Shown here piece after piece: positions 52,264-62,579 of a stretch of DNA of 64,000 nt. The notes below the pieces were generated by a model. That model did no database searches. It was not told where the DNA came from and saw nothing but the letters and a program-made list of their open reading frames with translations. The stretch is from Vulcanimicrobiota bacterium (GTDB lineage: Bacteria > Vulcanimicrobiota > Vulcanimicrobiia > Vulcanimicrobiales > Vulcanimicrobiaceae). The stretch covers positions 896,001 to 960,000 of the forward strand of contig OY970223.1 in NCBI GenBank assembly GCA_963714015.1. The letters are read 5' to 3'. Position 1 is the stretch's first letter; every line of letters begins with the position of its first letter. Made by a program: the position numbers and the translations under genes.

Positions 52264-52604
52264 TCCAAAGTTAGGCGGTCGCCCACGAGGACGTCCCGGC
52301 CCTCCAATGCTCCGGCTCCCAGTTCCACGACGCTGCGCGCGCCGAAGTGGGAGACGAACGGACGATGCCGCCCGACTTGACGTTTGGTCGCGACGACGCA
52401 TCCTTCGTCATCCAGAAAAAGCACGTCCAACCGGGCGCGCATGCCGATGGTATGGATCGCCCAGCAGTCGCGAAACCAAAGTCCATCGTCGGGATCGACG
52501 ACGGGCTTGGGAATAAAACCGGTCAGGCGGTTCCACCAAGTGTCGGCATAGTGAACGTTTTCGGCGATGATTTGGCCGGTCGTCGCGTTACGCAAAATGC
52601 TCAT
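52260..52604 (-). CDS. DUF192-family protein
   Basis: ADTWWNRLTG, AIHTIGMRARLDVLFLD, VVELGAG. Confidence 0.85.
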   Translation of the reverse strand: MSILRNATTGQIIAENVHYADTWWNRLTGFIPKPVVDPDDGLWFRDCWAIHTIGMRARLDVLFLDDEGCVVATKRQVGRHRPFVSHFGARSVVELGAGALEGRDVLVGDRLTLE

Positions 52605-52608
52605 GGGC

Positions 52609-53223
52609 TTAGAAATGGAGCACCTCGAACGGAATCGCGAAACCGATGGAGCACGCCAGATACGGCGCAAAAGCGATCGCGCCGTGCTTTTTGCCTCTGC
52701 GATAGCTGATGGCGACCGCCGCGAAACAGGCGAGCGCGAACGCGAGCACCGCGATCTGCGGACCGAGAACGATGCCGCCGAGCGCAACGAGTTTTGCGTC
52801 GCCCCAACCCATACCGCGGCCCTTCGAGAGCAGAGCCGTCGCGGCGAACGGAACGAACGGAACCGCCGCCCAAATGAATTGCCACCATTCGTGCCGCCAC
52901 AACGCAATCAGCAACAGCAGGGCGAGCGGACCGAGCGTGAATGCGTCGGGAACCAATCCCCGGCGGGCATCGGTAATCCAGATCGCGACGAGCGCTCCGC
53001 AGACGATCGCGATCGTGACGATCTGCGATTGCGACGAGCCGTGCGTCGCCATTACTCCGCCGATAAGAGCGCTGGCTGCAATGAGCAGAGCTACGGGTGC
53101 TTGAGCGGACGGCGGACCGTCGGGGAATGCCTCGAGGCGTTCCACGTAATAGCTTGCGATCAGCGATCCTACGAACGCGGCGACGCCGAAGAAGATTGCG
53201 CCCAAAAGTGCTGCGATGATCAT
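52609..53223 (-). CDS. A24-family prepilin peptidase
   Basis: WITDARRGLVPD, GMGWGDAKL, AFAPYL. Confidence 0.85.
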   Translation of the reverse strand: MIIAALLGAIFFGVAAFVGSLIASYYVERLEAFPDGPPSAQAPVALLIAASALIGGVMATHGSSQSQIVTIAIVCGALVAIWITDARRGLVPDAFTLGPLALLLLIALWRHEWWQFIWAAVPFVPFAATALLSKGRGMGWGDAKLVALGGIVLGPQIAVLAFALACFAAVAISYRRGKKHGAIAFAPYLACSIGFAIPFEVLHF

Positions 53224-54080
53224 TTGTTGTTCGTCACGTAGTTGGCCATCAATGCGCCGAAGATGACGACGAACAGCGCGGGCAGCATGAACATCGCCAT
53301 CGGAAAGACCATTTTGACGGGAAGTTTGGCTGCGTGCTCTTCGACCAGCATGATGCGGTGATTGCGGACGTCCTCGGCGAGCTCGTTCAAGACTTTGGAG
53401 ATATTGGTTCCGAGGCGTTCGGCTTGAGTGATTGCCGTAACGGTGCTGCTGAACTGCTGCTGCTGCAGCCGTTCGGCGGCGGCCTTTAAGGCATCGGAAC
53501 GCGCGCGGCCGAGCCGAATTTCCGAGAGCGCCGCCTTGATTTCTTCACCGAGCGCTCCGGGCGCCGCGTCGATAGCATATGCCAGCGCCTGATTTACCGA
53601 GAGGCCCGGCTTGCACCGTCGTGCCGACCATGTCCAGAAAATCGGGAAGCGTTCTTTGCACTTGCGCTTTGCGCGCCTGCACCGCTTTATCGAGCGTTGC
53701 AAGCGGCAAGTAGGCGCCCATGCCGATCAGCAATGCCGGAGACGATCAGCTCGAGCACCGGACTGAAATGCAGCACGCGTAAATATAAACACGGCGAAGA
53801 TGGCGCCGAACAATGCGCCTCCGACTAAACGCACGCCCATCTGGGCAGGCGTGACCGTATACCAGCCGCCTTCGATCAGTTTGCGCCGCAGTGCCCCGCG
53901 CTTCTCTTTGGAGAAGACGCGTTCGAACGGCTTTACGCCGCTCGAGTCGCGCTGAACGCCGCGCGCTTCGAGCTCCTCAAGCGTCTTCTTCAGAACGCTC
54001 TTCTGCGGAATCAGCGAGAGTGCAAACAAGAACGTCGCGCCGACGCCCAGGGCGACGATGACGAGAATCATCAAGGTCAT
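53220..54080 (-). CDS. tadC: Tad platform protein TadC; frameshifts near 53750 and 53610
   Basis: LPDFLDM..TVQAG / LSVNQAL, QAERLGT, AAKLPVKMVFPM across three frames. Confidence 0.85.
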
Positions 54081-54910
54081 ACGTCCACCTTGAGCATCTT
54101 CATTAGCGTGAAGACTCCGAGCGCTTCGAGCACCGCGACGATGGCAAGCGCGACGTGGCCCGGTGCAGTGAGGAACAGCGCGGTCCCCATTTGCGGTTCG
54201 GTGAGCGAGATGAAGCCGCTCAAGAACGGCGGAAGCGCCGCGAGAATTGCCGCGCTGGCGCGGCCTTCGGACGTAAGCGCGCGAATCTTGCGTTGAATCC
54301 GGCGCCGGTCTTTGATCGTATTGGCCAGATGCTCCAGAATCTTGCCGAGATCGCCGCCCGTCTGCGATTGAATCCGGATAGCGCGCGCCATCATCAGCGT
54401 TTCGTTGCACGGCATGCGCTTGGACAAAGTATCGAGCGCGTCGTAGACGCTTACGCCGATGTTCGTCTGACCGATGACGCGCATATACTCGTACTTGGCC
54501 GGGTTGGGCATCTCTTCGATCACCATCGTGAGCGCTTGACGCAGTCCCAAACCGATCCGTACGCCGCTGGAGATCAGCCGCAGCGCGAGTTCGAGCTGCT
54601 GCACGAATTGATCGAGCCGCCGTTTGATCTTCATTTGCACGAAGCACCAAAAACCGCCGGCCGACGCGCCCCCGCATAACACCAGAAACATCACCGCCAT
54701 CACGGGCACCGGATGCATGAAGAAGATCGAAAATACCCAGAGTATCGCCGTGGCTACCGCGATTCCGATGGCCGCTTCGGCCGGACGCATGTGCATCCCG
54801 GCGCGATCCATCAGGTTCGCGAATTCGCGCGCGCGGTCGCGTTTCGGCGCCGCGCTTTGCGAGGCGTTCGCAGCGGCTTTGGCGCCGAAAAGGTTCCCGA
54901 TCGTTGTCAT
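54077..54910 (-). CDS. tadB: Tad platform protein TadB
   Basis: FVQQLELAL, GLGLRQAL, IQSQTGGDL, IRALTSEGRASA. Confidence 0.9.
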   Translation of the reverse strand: MTTIGNLFGAKAAANASQSAAPKRDRAREFANLMDRAGMHMRPAEAAIGIAVATAILWVFSIFFMHPVPVMAVMFLVLCGGASAGGFWCFVQMKIKRRLDQFVQQLELALRLISSGVRIGLGLRQALTMVIEEMPNPAKYEYMRVIGQTNIGVSVYDALDTLSKRMPCNETLMMARAIRIQSQTGGDLGKILEHLANTIKDRRRIQRKIRALTSEGRASAAILAALPPFLSGFISLTEPQMGTALFLTAPGHVALAIVAVLEALGVFTLMKMLKVDV

Positions 54911-55145
54911 TTTAAAAGGCGCTCCGCTCTAAGCTCCGCGCCCCCCACGCTAAAGCGCGGGGCCCCCATAACCACGGCGCGCGCACGATTCGTTCCTGCG
55001 AAATCCTCCCCGTGGCCGCGCCAAACAACGTCTACCATTTTGAAAGGCGCTCCGCTCTAGCTCCGCGCCCCCCACGCTAAAGCGCGGGGCCCCCATAACC
55101 ACGGCGCGCGCACGATTTGATCCTGCGAAATCCTCCCCGTGGCCG
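54908..55145. repeat. Tandem ~110-bp direct repeat (54908-55018 and 55036-55145), each copy with a GC hairpin
   Basis: Copies differ by 3 substitutions and 1 indel; each contains minus-strand CCCCGCGC-TTTA-GCGTGGGG. Confidence 0.92.
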
Positions 55146-55212
55146 GGTACTGCGCACATCCTGTGCTTGCCGGCATGCTCCCGTCCTGGTCGCGAGGCGC
55201 GCCCAACAACGT

Positions 55213-57312
55213 TTACCATAAAGCACCGGCTGAGGCGAGCTGGGAGAGGTTGCGGACGTCGTACGTGATGCCGTACTCGTCGAATTTTTCGAGCGATTGC
55301 GGCTGGACGCCGGTGTACTGGAATTCGCCGGCGACCTTGTTTTCCAGATCCATGCCGTGCTGCGCGTACCGGAGGATCTCTTGCATCGTGACGACGTCGC
55401 CTTCCATGCCGATGATCTCGCTGACCGAGACGATCTTGCGGCTGCCGTCACGCAAACGGGCAATCTGCACGATCAGATCGACCGCGCTGGCAATCTGTTC
55501 GCGAATGGCGCGGACGGGCAGATCGAAGCCGGCCATCATGACGAGCGTCTCTAAGCGCGAGAGCGCGTCACGCGGCGAGTTGGCGTGCAGCGTGGTGAGC
55601 GAACCGTCGTGACCGGTATTCATGGCCTGAAGCATGTCCAGCGCTTCTCCGCCGCGGCACTCACCGACGACGATGCGGTCGGGGCGCATGCGCAGCGAGT
55701 TCCGCACCAGATCGCGGATCTTGATTTCGCCCGCGCCTTCGAGGTTGGCCGGACGCGTCTCCAAGCGCACGACGTGCGGCTGGTTCAAGTTGAGCTCGGC
55801 GGCGTCTTCGATGGTCACGATGCGTTCGCGCGCCGGAATGTAGCTCGACATGATATTAAGGAAGGTCGTTTTACCGGAGCCGGTGCCGCCGCTGATGACG
55901 ACGTTCAGCCGTCCTTCGATGCAGGCGCGCAGAAAGTCGAGCATCTGCTCGTTGGCCGAGCCTTTTTCGACCAGGTCTTGCGCGTTCAGGCGCCGCGTTC
56001 CGAAACGCCGGATCGTGAGCGACGCTCCATCGATGGCGAGCGGCTCGATGATGGCGTTGACGCGCGATCCGTCGGGCAGACGCGCATCGACCATCGGCAC
56101 GGATTCGTCCAAACGGCGGCCGAGCGGCGCGATGATGCGCTCGATGACCAGCCGCAGCTGTCCGGACGTGCTGAACCGCTTGCCCGTCAATTCCAGCTTA
56201 CCGGCGCGCTCGACGTAGACGGTCTTGCGGGCCGTTGACCATGATCTCGCTCACGGCGGGATCGGCCATCAAATCTTCCAGCGGTCCCAAACCAAGCGAC
56301 TCGTTCACGATCTCTTCGCGTATCTGCGAGATGTCCTCGGCGGTCAGTTCGTGCTGCGTCTTCTCGCTGAGCACTTGCTGCGTGGCCTCTTCGATCTTCG
56401 CGCGAAGTTCGGCGAGTTTTTCGGTGTCGCTGTGTGCGGCGCTGGCCTCGATCAGATTGACCTTGCTCGTAAGCGCTTCGTGAATCTCGAGTTTGAGCTT
56501 TTCACGCGGGTCGTATCGCCTCAGCCTCGGAAGCGCGCCGGCCGGGCGAGCCGGACGCGGCTTCGGCGGCACCCGCGGTACGCGGACGCATTGCGGTGCG
56601 CGGCTCCAAGCGGCGATCCTGAATCAGACCGCGCGCCGACGGCAAAAGCGCCTCGATCTGCGGTTCGGCCGTGATCGTGCGAATCGTCTGCGCTCGAGGC
56701 TCGCGAGTGCCTTCGCATAGTTGCGGTCGTCGTGCGCGGGGAGTTCGGCGATGATTTTCGTTTCCAGCGCGCGCTCGATCTCGGCGCGCGTTGCACTCGG
56801 GTTGCCGTCGCGGCAGTTCGTAAGCAGCACGATGCGCGTGATCGGGACGCCGAAGTTTTTCAGCTCGGCAGATCATCGTGCGCGCCGAGGCGATTCCCAG
56901 CAGCGTCGGTTCGGCAACGATTACGAAGCGAGTTGCGCGCACCACGAACGGACGCACGGGAGCGGAAAACGGAATCGGAACGTCCGCCAGAACGCAGTCC
57001 CCGGAGGAGAACGATGCGGCCAGTTGCTCGACGTCATCGAAGTTGATCGTAAACGCTGTGTCGTAAGTCGGCGCGAGTTCGGCGAGCGTAAGTCCGGCGA
57101 CTTCCGTTAAACCGATGCCCTTGCCGGCGCGCGAGGTATCGAGCGGGCGAACCGCGTCGAAGACGATTGCCATATTGCGGCGTCCCGGAGAGATCGCCGT
57201 CCACGACGACGACTTTCTGATCGGAGCGCAGAAGCTTGGCGAGTTCCGCGCAAACCGTGGTTGCGCCGGATCCGCCTTTTGCGTTGATGAACGCAAAGAC
57301 CGGCGAGCTCAT
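55213..57312 (-). CDS. cpaF: CpaE/MinD-like domain fused to CpaF/TadA assembly ATPase; about 5 frameshifts
   Basis: N-terminal [27 protein letters not shown]-terminal [43 protein letters not shown]. Confidence 0.85.
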
Positions 57313-58170
57313 TGCGAGCCGGCCAGATGGTCGCCGTCGATGACGACCACGGACGAGAGCGATGGAGGGTCGGCTTTGGCCGGTTTGGCAGCCGGCGCTT
57401 GGGCCACGACAGGCGGCGCGTACGGCTGCGGTTCCGGCGCGACCGGAGCGGCGGGCGCAGGCTGCTGCAGATCCGGCCACGCGAGCGCTTCGGTGGGCAG
57501 AGAGTTGAGTGGTTCGCGCGGCGAGCGAAGCGCCAAGCGCAGCACCGTGTTCAAGTCGGCCATTGCAATCAAATCCGCTTGTTTCGGCGTAACTTCCAAT
57601 GTAACGGTCGTCGAGTTGGCTTCCTGCGGGGAGGGAGTCGCCGAACTGTATTCGAGCGATTCGCCGATGGCGAGCACGCGAATGCCGCGCAGGATCGCCG
57701 ATGCCGGCGGCGGCTTGTTGCCGATGCGCGGAAGCACCGCAATCACATCGACGTAGTCGCCCGGCTCGATCAATCCGGATACGCCTTTGACTTTGTCGAT
57801 CTGAATGCTGACGGCACGCATGCCCGGCTTCAGCCGTACGGGAAGTCCGACGTCCGTAGGATGTCCAACCTTCGATTGGGTGATTGTCGACCCTGCCGGA
57901 ATAGAGATGAGCGCGAGCGCGCCTACCGCTTTGCCCGGATCGCGGATCGCATCCGGATCGACAGCGCTTGCGGGGCGAGCAATTGTCGGCAACCATCGCC
58001 TGCGTTATCGGAACGCGCGCGGGAATGTCTTGCGCGGCAACGAGGATCTGCACGGGCGCGCTGTTTCCGTTGGCTTGACGCTGCAGGCCGGAGAGGTAGT
58101 TCAGCGTCAGCCAGCCGGTTCCAACCGCCAAAACGAGGGCGACGATCAGCGTAGTGCGGCGGGTATTCAT
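57309..58170 (-). CDS. cpaB: Flp pilus assembly protein CpaB/RcpC; frameshift near 57993
   Basis: N-terminal TM and ILVAAQDIP (SAF domain); GMRAVSI, PGDYVDVI, VTLEVTPKQA, LRLALR. Confidence 0.9.
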
Positions 58171-58685
58171 GGTAGGAACCTCAGATGCGGCGCGAAGCCG
58201 TTGGCGAACGCGGTGCAAAGCGCACCGGCGAAGATTGCGAGCGCATAGGGCATCGGCGTGCCGTCGGGACGAGCCGGCCGCACGCCCGCGAAGACGGGCA
58301 GCGCCATAGCGTGCACGTTTGCGAACGTTGCGCGAAGACGGCCGCGCATTGCGGCATATACGACGGCGATGAAGCCGCCGCTAACGAGCGTACAAAGAAG
58401 AAAGGCCGCGCAATCCGGATAGCCCAGCGTGCCGGCAGCGGCCGCAAGCAACTTCACGTCGCCGCCGCCGATGAGTCTCAAGGAAAATGCGAAGGTGCCC
58501 GCGATCAGCACGAGTGCGGCGATCAGCAGGTCCAAACCGGCGGGTTTCCAGCCGCCCGCGGCATTCAGCGCGAGGCCGGCGAGCAGAAGCGCTCCGACCA
58601 GAAGATTGGGAATCTTTCGAGTGCGCACGTCGCTCACTGCGGCAAGTGCGGCGGCGGCGACGACGAGGGCGATCGCTAGATTCAT
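58167..58685 (-). CDS. cpaA: Prepilin peptidase CpaA/TadV
   Basis: SDVRTRKIPN, IGGGDVKL, MPYALAI. Confidence 0.9.
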   Translation of the reverse strand: MNLAIALVVAAAALAAVSDVRTRKIPNLLVGALLLAGLALNAAGGWKPAGLDLLIAALVLIAGTFAFSLRLIGGGDVKLLAAAAGTLGYPDCAAFLLCTLVSGGFIAVVYAAMRGRLRATFANVHAMALPVFAGVRPARPDGTPMPYALAIFAGALCTAFANGFAPHLRFLP

Positions 58686-58849
58686 ACGCCGTTCCAATTG
58701 CTGTTGATCGGTGCGAACAGGCCGTTGGTGCTCGATCCGAGCGAAGCGATGAGGACGATGCACACCACAGCGATGAAGGCGAGCAACACGGCGTATTCGA
58801 CCATTGTCGCGCCGCGCCGGCTGCTGATCATTCGCCGCAATGCGTTCAT
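58682..58849 (-). CDS. flp: Flp family type IVb pilin
   Basis: RRG|ATMVEYAVL motif followed by a hydrophobic helix. Confidence 0.9.
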   Translation of the reverse strand: MNALRRMISSRRGATMVEYAVLLAFIAVVCIVLIASLGSSTNGLFAPINSNWNGV

Positions 58850-58872
58850 TTGCTGGTTCCTCACCGTATAAA

Positions 58873-58903
58873 GCCGGGGCTGTAGGGGAGAGTCAGCCCC
58901 GGC
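58873..58903 (-). terminator. Strong hairpin between the two flp genes (partial terminator or 3' stabiliser)
   Basis: GCCGGGGCTG-N11-CAGCCCCGGC perfect 10-bp stem followed by TTTAT on the minus strand. Confidence 0.6.
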
Positions 58904-58937
58904 GTTGCGGTAGTTTCCGAGTGTGTCGTTTTAGGGA

Positions 58938-59099
58938 TTAGATGTTGCTGTTGACGGACGCGAAAGCGGTCGAAACCTTACTGCCGAGCGTCGAAATCAG
59001 CACGATGCAAACGGCGGCGATGAGCGCGACCATGATGCCGTATTCGACCATCGTGGCGCCGTCTTCGTTACGAATCAGAGCGAGCATGTTCTTGAGCAT
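58938..59099 (-). CDS. flp: Flp family type IVb pilin, probable major pilin
   Basis: EDG|ATMVEYGIM; strong AGGAGG RBS. Confidence 0.92.
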   Translation of the reverse strand: MLKNMLALIRNEDGATMVEYGIMVALIAAVCIVLISTLGSKVSTAFASVNSNI

Positions 59100-59161
59100 A
59101 GTGTCCTCCTGGACTGTCGTAGAGTTCGTGCAATCAGATAGGGAAATCGAGCACATCGCGG

Positions 59162-59829
59162 CTAGTACTGCTCGAGCGGCACGTCGACTCCATCGTTGGG
59201 AGCCGCCGTTACCAGTTGTGCCGACGCCGAACCGACGCCGGGAAGTGACGTGGCTACGACTCTGAGAATCGTGCCGCGCTCGTAGGCGGACGCAATCGGA
59301 ATAACCGCTGCGAAGTGTCCGCTGACGTCGGTGACTACGTCGTGTCGGCTCACAACGATTGTCGGCACATCCGACGACACGATCGCCAGTAGGGTGATGG
59401 TGACCGGAGCATCCGGTGGAGCGGTTCCGTCGACCGTGATAGCCTCGGCGCCCTGCAGTTGTCGAGCCTCCAGGGATATTGTTCGTTGCGCCGAGGCTAT
59501 CCGTCGATGGCGATCCGCCGGTGCGGCGCGGGATGCCGTCGCAAGCGCGCCAGATCCGGCCAACGGAGTCACGAATAGTTCGCCTCGTTGCGCGCTCGGC
59601 GCCGTATCGGCGACCTCTTCCCGGTCGTTCACCTGATACACCGTGGCCCCGGGCCGCAATACCACAACGATACCGGCCCGAGAGAGAACGCGGATGCTGC
59701 GGCGGCCGACCATGAATACTGGTAACCGTCGCGGGCGGCCACGTCTTTGACGGCGACGAGCTGCTGCGCTCCGGCTTGTAAAGCCGGAATGCTGAGCGCT
59801 ATAGCCGTTGTCAGAGCGATGGTCCGCAT
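59162..59829 (-). CDS. Secreted protein with stalk/copper-amine-oxidase-N-like N-terminus; frameshift near 59695
   Basis: GGAGG RBS, signal peptide MRTIALTTAIALS, then GYQYSW..VVVLRPGATVYQVND and a beta-rich C-terminus. Confidence 0.55.
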
Positions 59830-59884
59830 TGATGCCTCCGTGTCCTTCGGTGAGTGCATCATGCCATGCGGACATTTCGGCCAC

Positions 59885-59980
59885 AATATTGAAATCGGCG
59901 AATTGTACCGTATATTTACGTAACGTCTATTGATTGTTGACGTGTTAACGTATCCACGCCATGGCATAATGGGCACGTCT
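59885..59980. promoter_or_regulatory. AT-rich divergent promoter region of the Tad locus
   Basis: Marked AT enrichment; extended -10-like TGGCATAAT at 59962-59970, 10 nt before the cpaC ATG. Confidence 0.5.
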
Positions 59981-61409
59981 ATGCAGTTACGGACATTTGT
60001 CTTGTCGACGCTCGCGGCGTTCGCCGTTTTGGCTGCGCCTGCGCCCGCGCCGGCGGCCGAGGCCGTACAATCTTTATCGGTCGAATCGGGTCACTCACTG
60101 CTGTTGTACGACTCCGGGCCTCTCTCGGGTGGCCGTAGGCGACGGCCGCATCGCGGGCGTTCTGCCCATCGGAACCGCTCAGCTCGTCCTCAACGGGAAG
60201 GCGCCGGGCCAAACGACAGTCTTCGTCTGGGAGAACGGTCACCGCGCCGCCTACGAAGTGACCGTTACCGAACAGACCATGACGATCTGGCCGACATGCT
60301 GCGCACGTCGATTACCGTGCCGGGGATCGACGTGGTTCGCGTTCCGGGATTCGGTCGTACTGCGGGGCACGGTCGCGGACGGCGCGCAGTTCAATCAGGT
60401 CGACGAAGTACTCACGCGGTTTGCGGATTACGCGAAGAAGTCGAACTCCACGATCGTCAACGCGGTCACCATCGCGCATCCGCTCGGCTCTCTCCAAAGC
60501 GATCTGGCGGCGATACCGGGCGGGGGCAACATCCGCGTGGATCCGGACGGCAAGGGCAACGTCATCGTCAGCGGCCACGTGCACGACACGGTAACCGCTC
60601 AGGCCATTCTGGACCGGGCCAAGGACCTGGCCGGACCGTATCTTGCGGCGGACGGCAAGCTGATCAACCGCATCAGTACCGACGTGAACAGCGAGATCGA
60701 CGTGAAGGTCTACGTTCTGGAAGTCGATCGCACTGCGCTGAGCAATTTGGGCGTGCAGCTGCAGTCGGCGATCGCTTCAATCCCGACGGCACGTTACACG
60801 ATCGGACAGCCGAGCTTCCCGATCGTCGAGAACCCTGCGAATCTGCAGCCGGCTAAAGGCTTCACGATCTCCAACGCGTTCTTCCGTACCGTAACGCTGG
60901 CGCCGACGCTCAATTTATTAATTACCTCGGGACACGCGCACGTGCTTTCGTCGCCGAATTTGGTGACGACGCCCGGAAACGAGGCGACGTTTTTGGTCGG
61001 CGGCGAGATCCCGGTCATCTTCTCCACCGGCCTCGGCCAAGTCAGCGTAGTTTACAAAGATTACGGCGTGCAAGCTCGACGTGACGCCCATTATTCTGGG
61101 CAACGGCGGCATCGACGCCAAGATCAATCCCGAAGTCTCCGACCTGGACTTCCAGGACGGCGTCAACTACAACGGCTTCCTGGTGCCGGCGCTCAAAGAC
61201 GAGCAAACTCTCGACGGACGTCATCACGAAACCCGGCGAGTCGATCATCATGGGCGGCATGCTGCGCCGCGTCGAGCAGCGCAATATCGCCAAAGTTCCG
61301 CTGCTCTCGCGCATTCCGATCTTGGGCAAACTCTTTCAGTCCGACGTCCTATCAGAACGATCAAACCGACGTCGTTTTCGTGATGACGCCGGAGATCATT
61401 ACGCGATGA
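59981..61409 (+). CDS. cpaC: CpaC/RcpA secretin with BON-like domains; about 8 frameshifts
   Basis: Signal peptide, RVAVGD, GKAPGQTTVFVW, LSSPNLVT, FLVGGEIP, PEVSDLD, VPLLSRIPILGKLF, VFVMTPEI spread over three frames. Confidence 0.85.
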
Positions 61410-61594
61410 TCGAGAGCCTGATCGAGCTGTTGAACGACAACTCGGCCAGTACCCTCGTCGAATACGGGATCGCGTTCGCGCTCATCTCCGCGGCCGCTAC
61501 GGCAATCCTCTACGGTATGGGAGCGACCACGAACAGCGCATATTCCAACGTCGCCTCGAACATGCAGTCGTTTCAGAATGCCCCGCCGCCGTAA
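61406..61594 (+). CDS. Flp-like minor pilin
   Basis: ATGA overlap with cpaC; NSA|STLVEYGIAFALI. Confidence 0.8.
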   Translation: MIESLIELLNDNSASTLVEYGIAFALISAAATAILYGMGATTNSAYSNVASNMQSFQNAPPP

Positions 61595-61607
61595 AGGTTA
61601 GCAGCAG

Positions 61608-62579
61608 ATGAAGAAGGTGCGAAGCGCCCGGCGCGGCTCGGCTTTGGTGGAAACGGCGTTTACGCTTGGGTTTACGCTCATGCTGATTCTGGGGGCGCTG
61701 CAGATTGCGGTCATGGGATTTTTCCAAATGCAGCTCGACGGTGCGACGTTCTTCTTCGCGCACAGTTTCGCAACCGGATCGACGAACGTCACGTCGCTCG
61801 AGACAGCGCGCTTGCGCCGCTGTTTCCCAACGCCAATCATGAACATGAGCCCCAATCCGCAGAGTCCGCCCCTCACGAACGTTCCGGTCAACTTCACGCA
61901 ATGGGGCAACCTGAACAACCGCTACGGCGGGGCGTCGATTCTTCGCCCGCAGCGGCTTGAGGCGACCTCGCAGATGAACCTGGGATTCCTCTCGGTGCTC
62001 GGACGTTCGGTCACGCTCACCAGCGGCAATGTCGACGGACGCTCGATGATCGGCAACCATGACGACGACGCACAAGGCATCGCCTACGACTCGAATGCCG
62101 AGTACAGCTCCCTCGTCGATCCGCTGCTCCAAGACGATCAGAACGTGCCGCCGTACTACATCACGCTTTCATTCTTTTGGAACTGCGGCGATACGCCGCC
62201 GTGGGGCCCGACCTGCAGCAATCAGAACCATCAGCTGCGGGCGATCGGTCTTGGCGAGTTTCTAAAAGACGACAACTATCAGAATCCCAATAACGGCATC
62301 GGGCCGAGCGCGACGTTTGCGACGGCCGCATGCCACCAGCGCATCCTCGCCGATTTGGCGCAAGCCTTTCCGCAAACGATGCCGACCTACGCGCCGCGCG
62401 GGAACTACGATCAGGTCAACGGTCCGTCATCCGTAGACTCGTGGAACGGCGCTTCATTTAAATTGGTATACAGCTGGGACATTCAGCCGGTTCAGGGTGA
62501 AAGCGGTCAAGTCATGGTCGGCCGGCTCTATCCGATGGCGGTGAACAACGGCTGCGCGTCAGGAGAGCCGGGCGCATGA
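61608..62579 (+). CDS. TadE-like pseudopilin with large Cys-containing domain
   Basis: RRG|SALVETAF plus hydrophobic helix. Confidence 0.8.
   Translation: MKKVRSARRGSALVETAFTLGFTLMLILGALQIAVMGFFQMQLDGATFFFAHSFATGSTNVTSLETARLRRCFPTPIMNMSPNPQSPPLTNVPVNFTQWGNLNNRYGGASILRPQRLEATSQMNLGFLSVLGRSVTLTSGNVDGRSMIGNHDDDAQGIAYDSNAEYSSLVDPLLQDDQNVPPYYITLSFFWNCGDTPPWGPTCSNQNHQLRAIGLGEFLKDDNYQNPNNGIGPSATFATAACHQRILADLAQAFPQTMPTYAPRGNYDQVNGPSSVDSWNGASFKLVYSWDIQPVQGESGQVMVGRLYPMAVNNGCASGEPGA

Noticed and set aside
54908..55145. Tandem repeat as a CRISPR array
   Set aside because: Only two ~110-bp units, no unique spacers of regular length and no cas genes.
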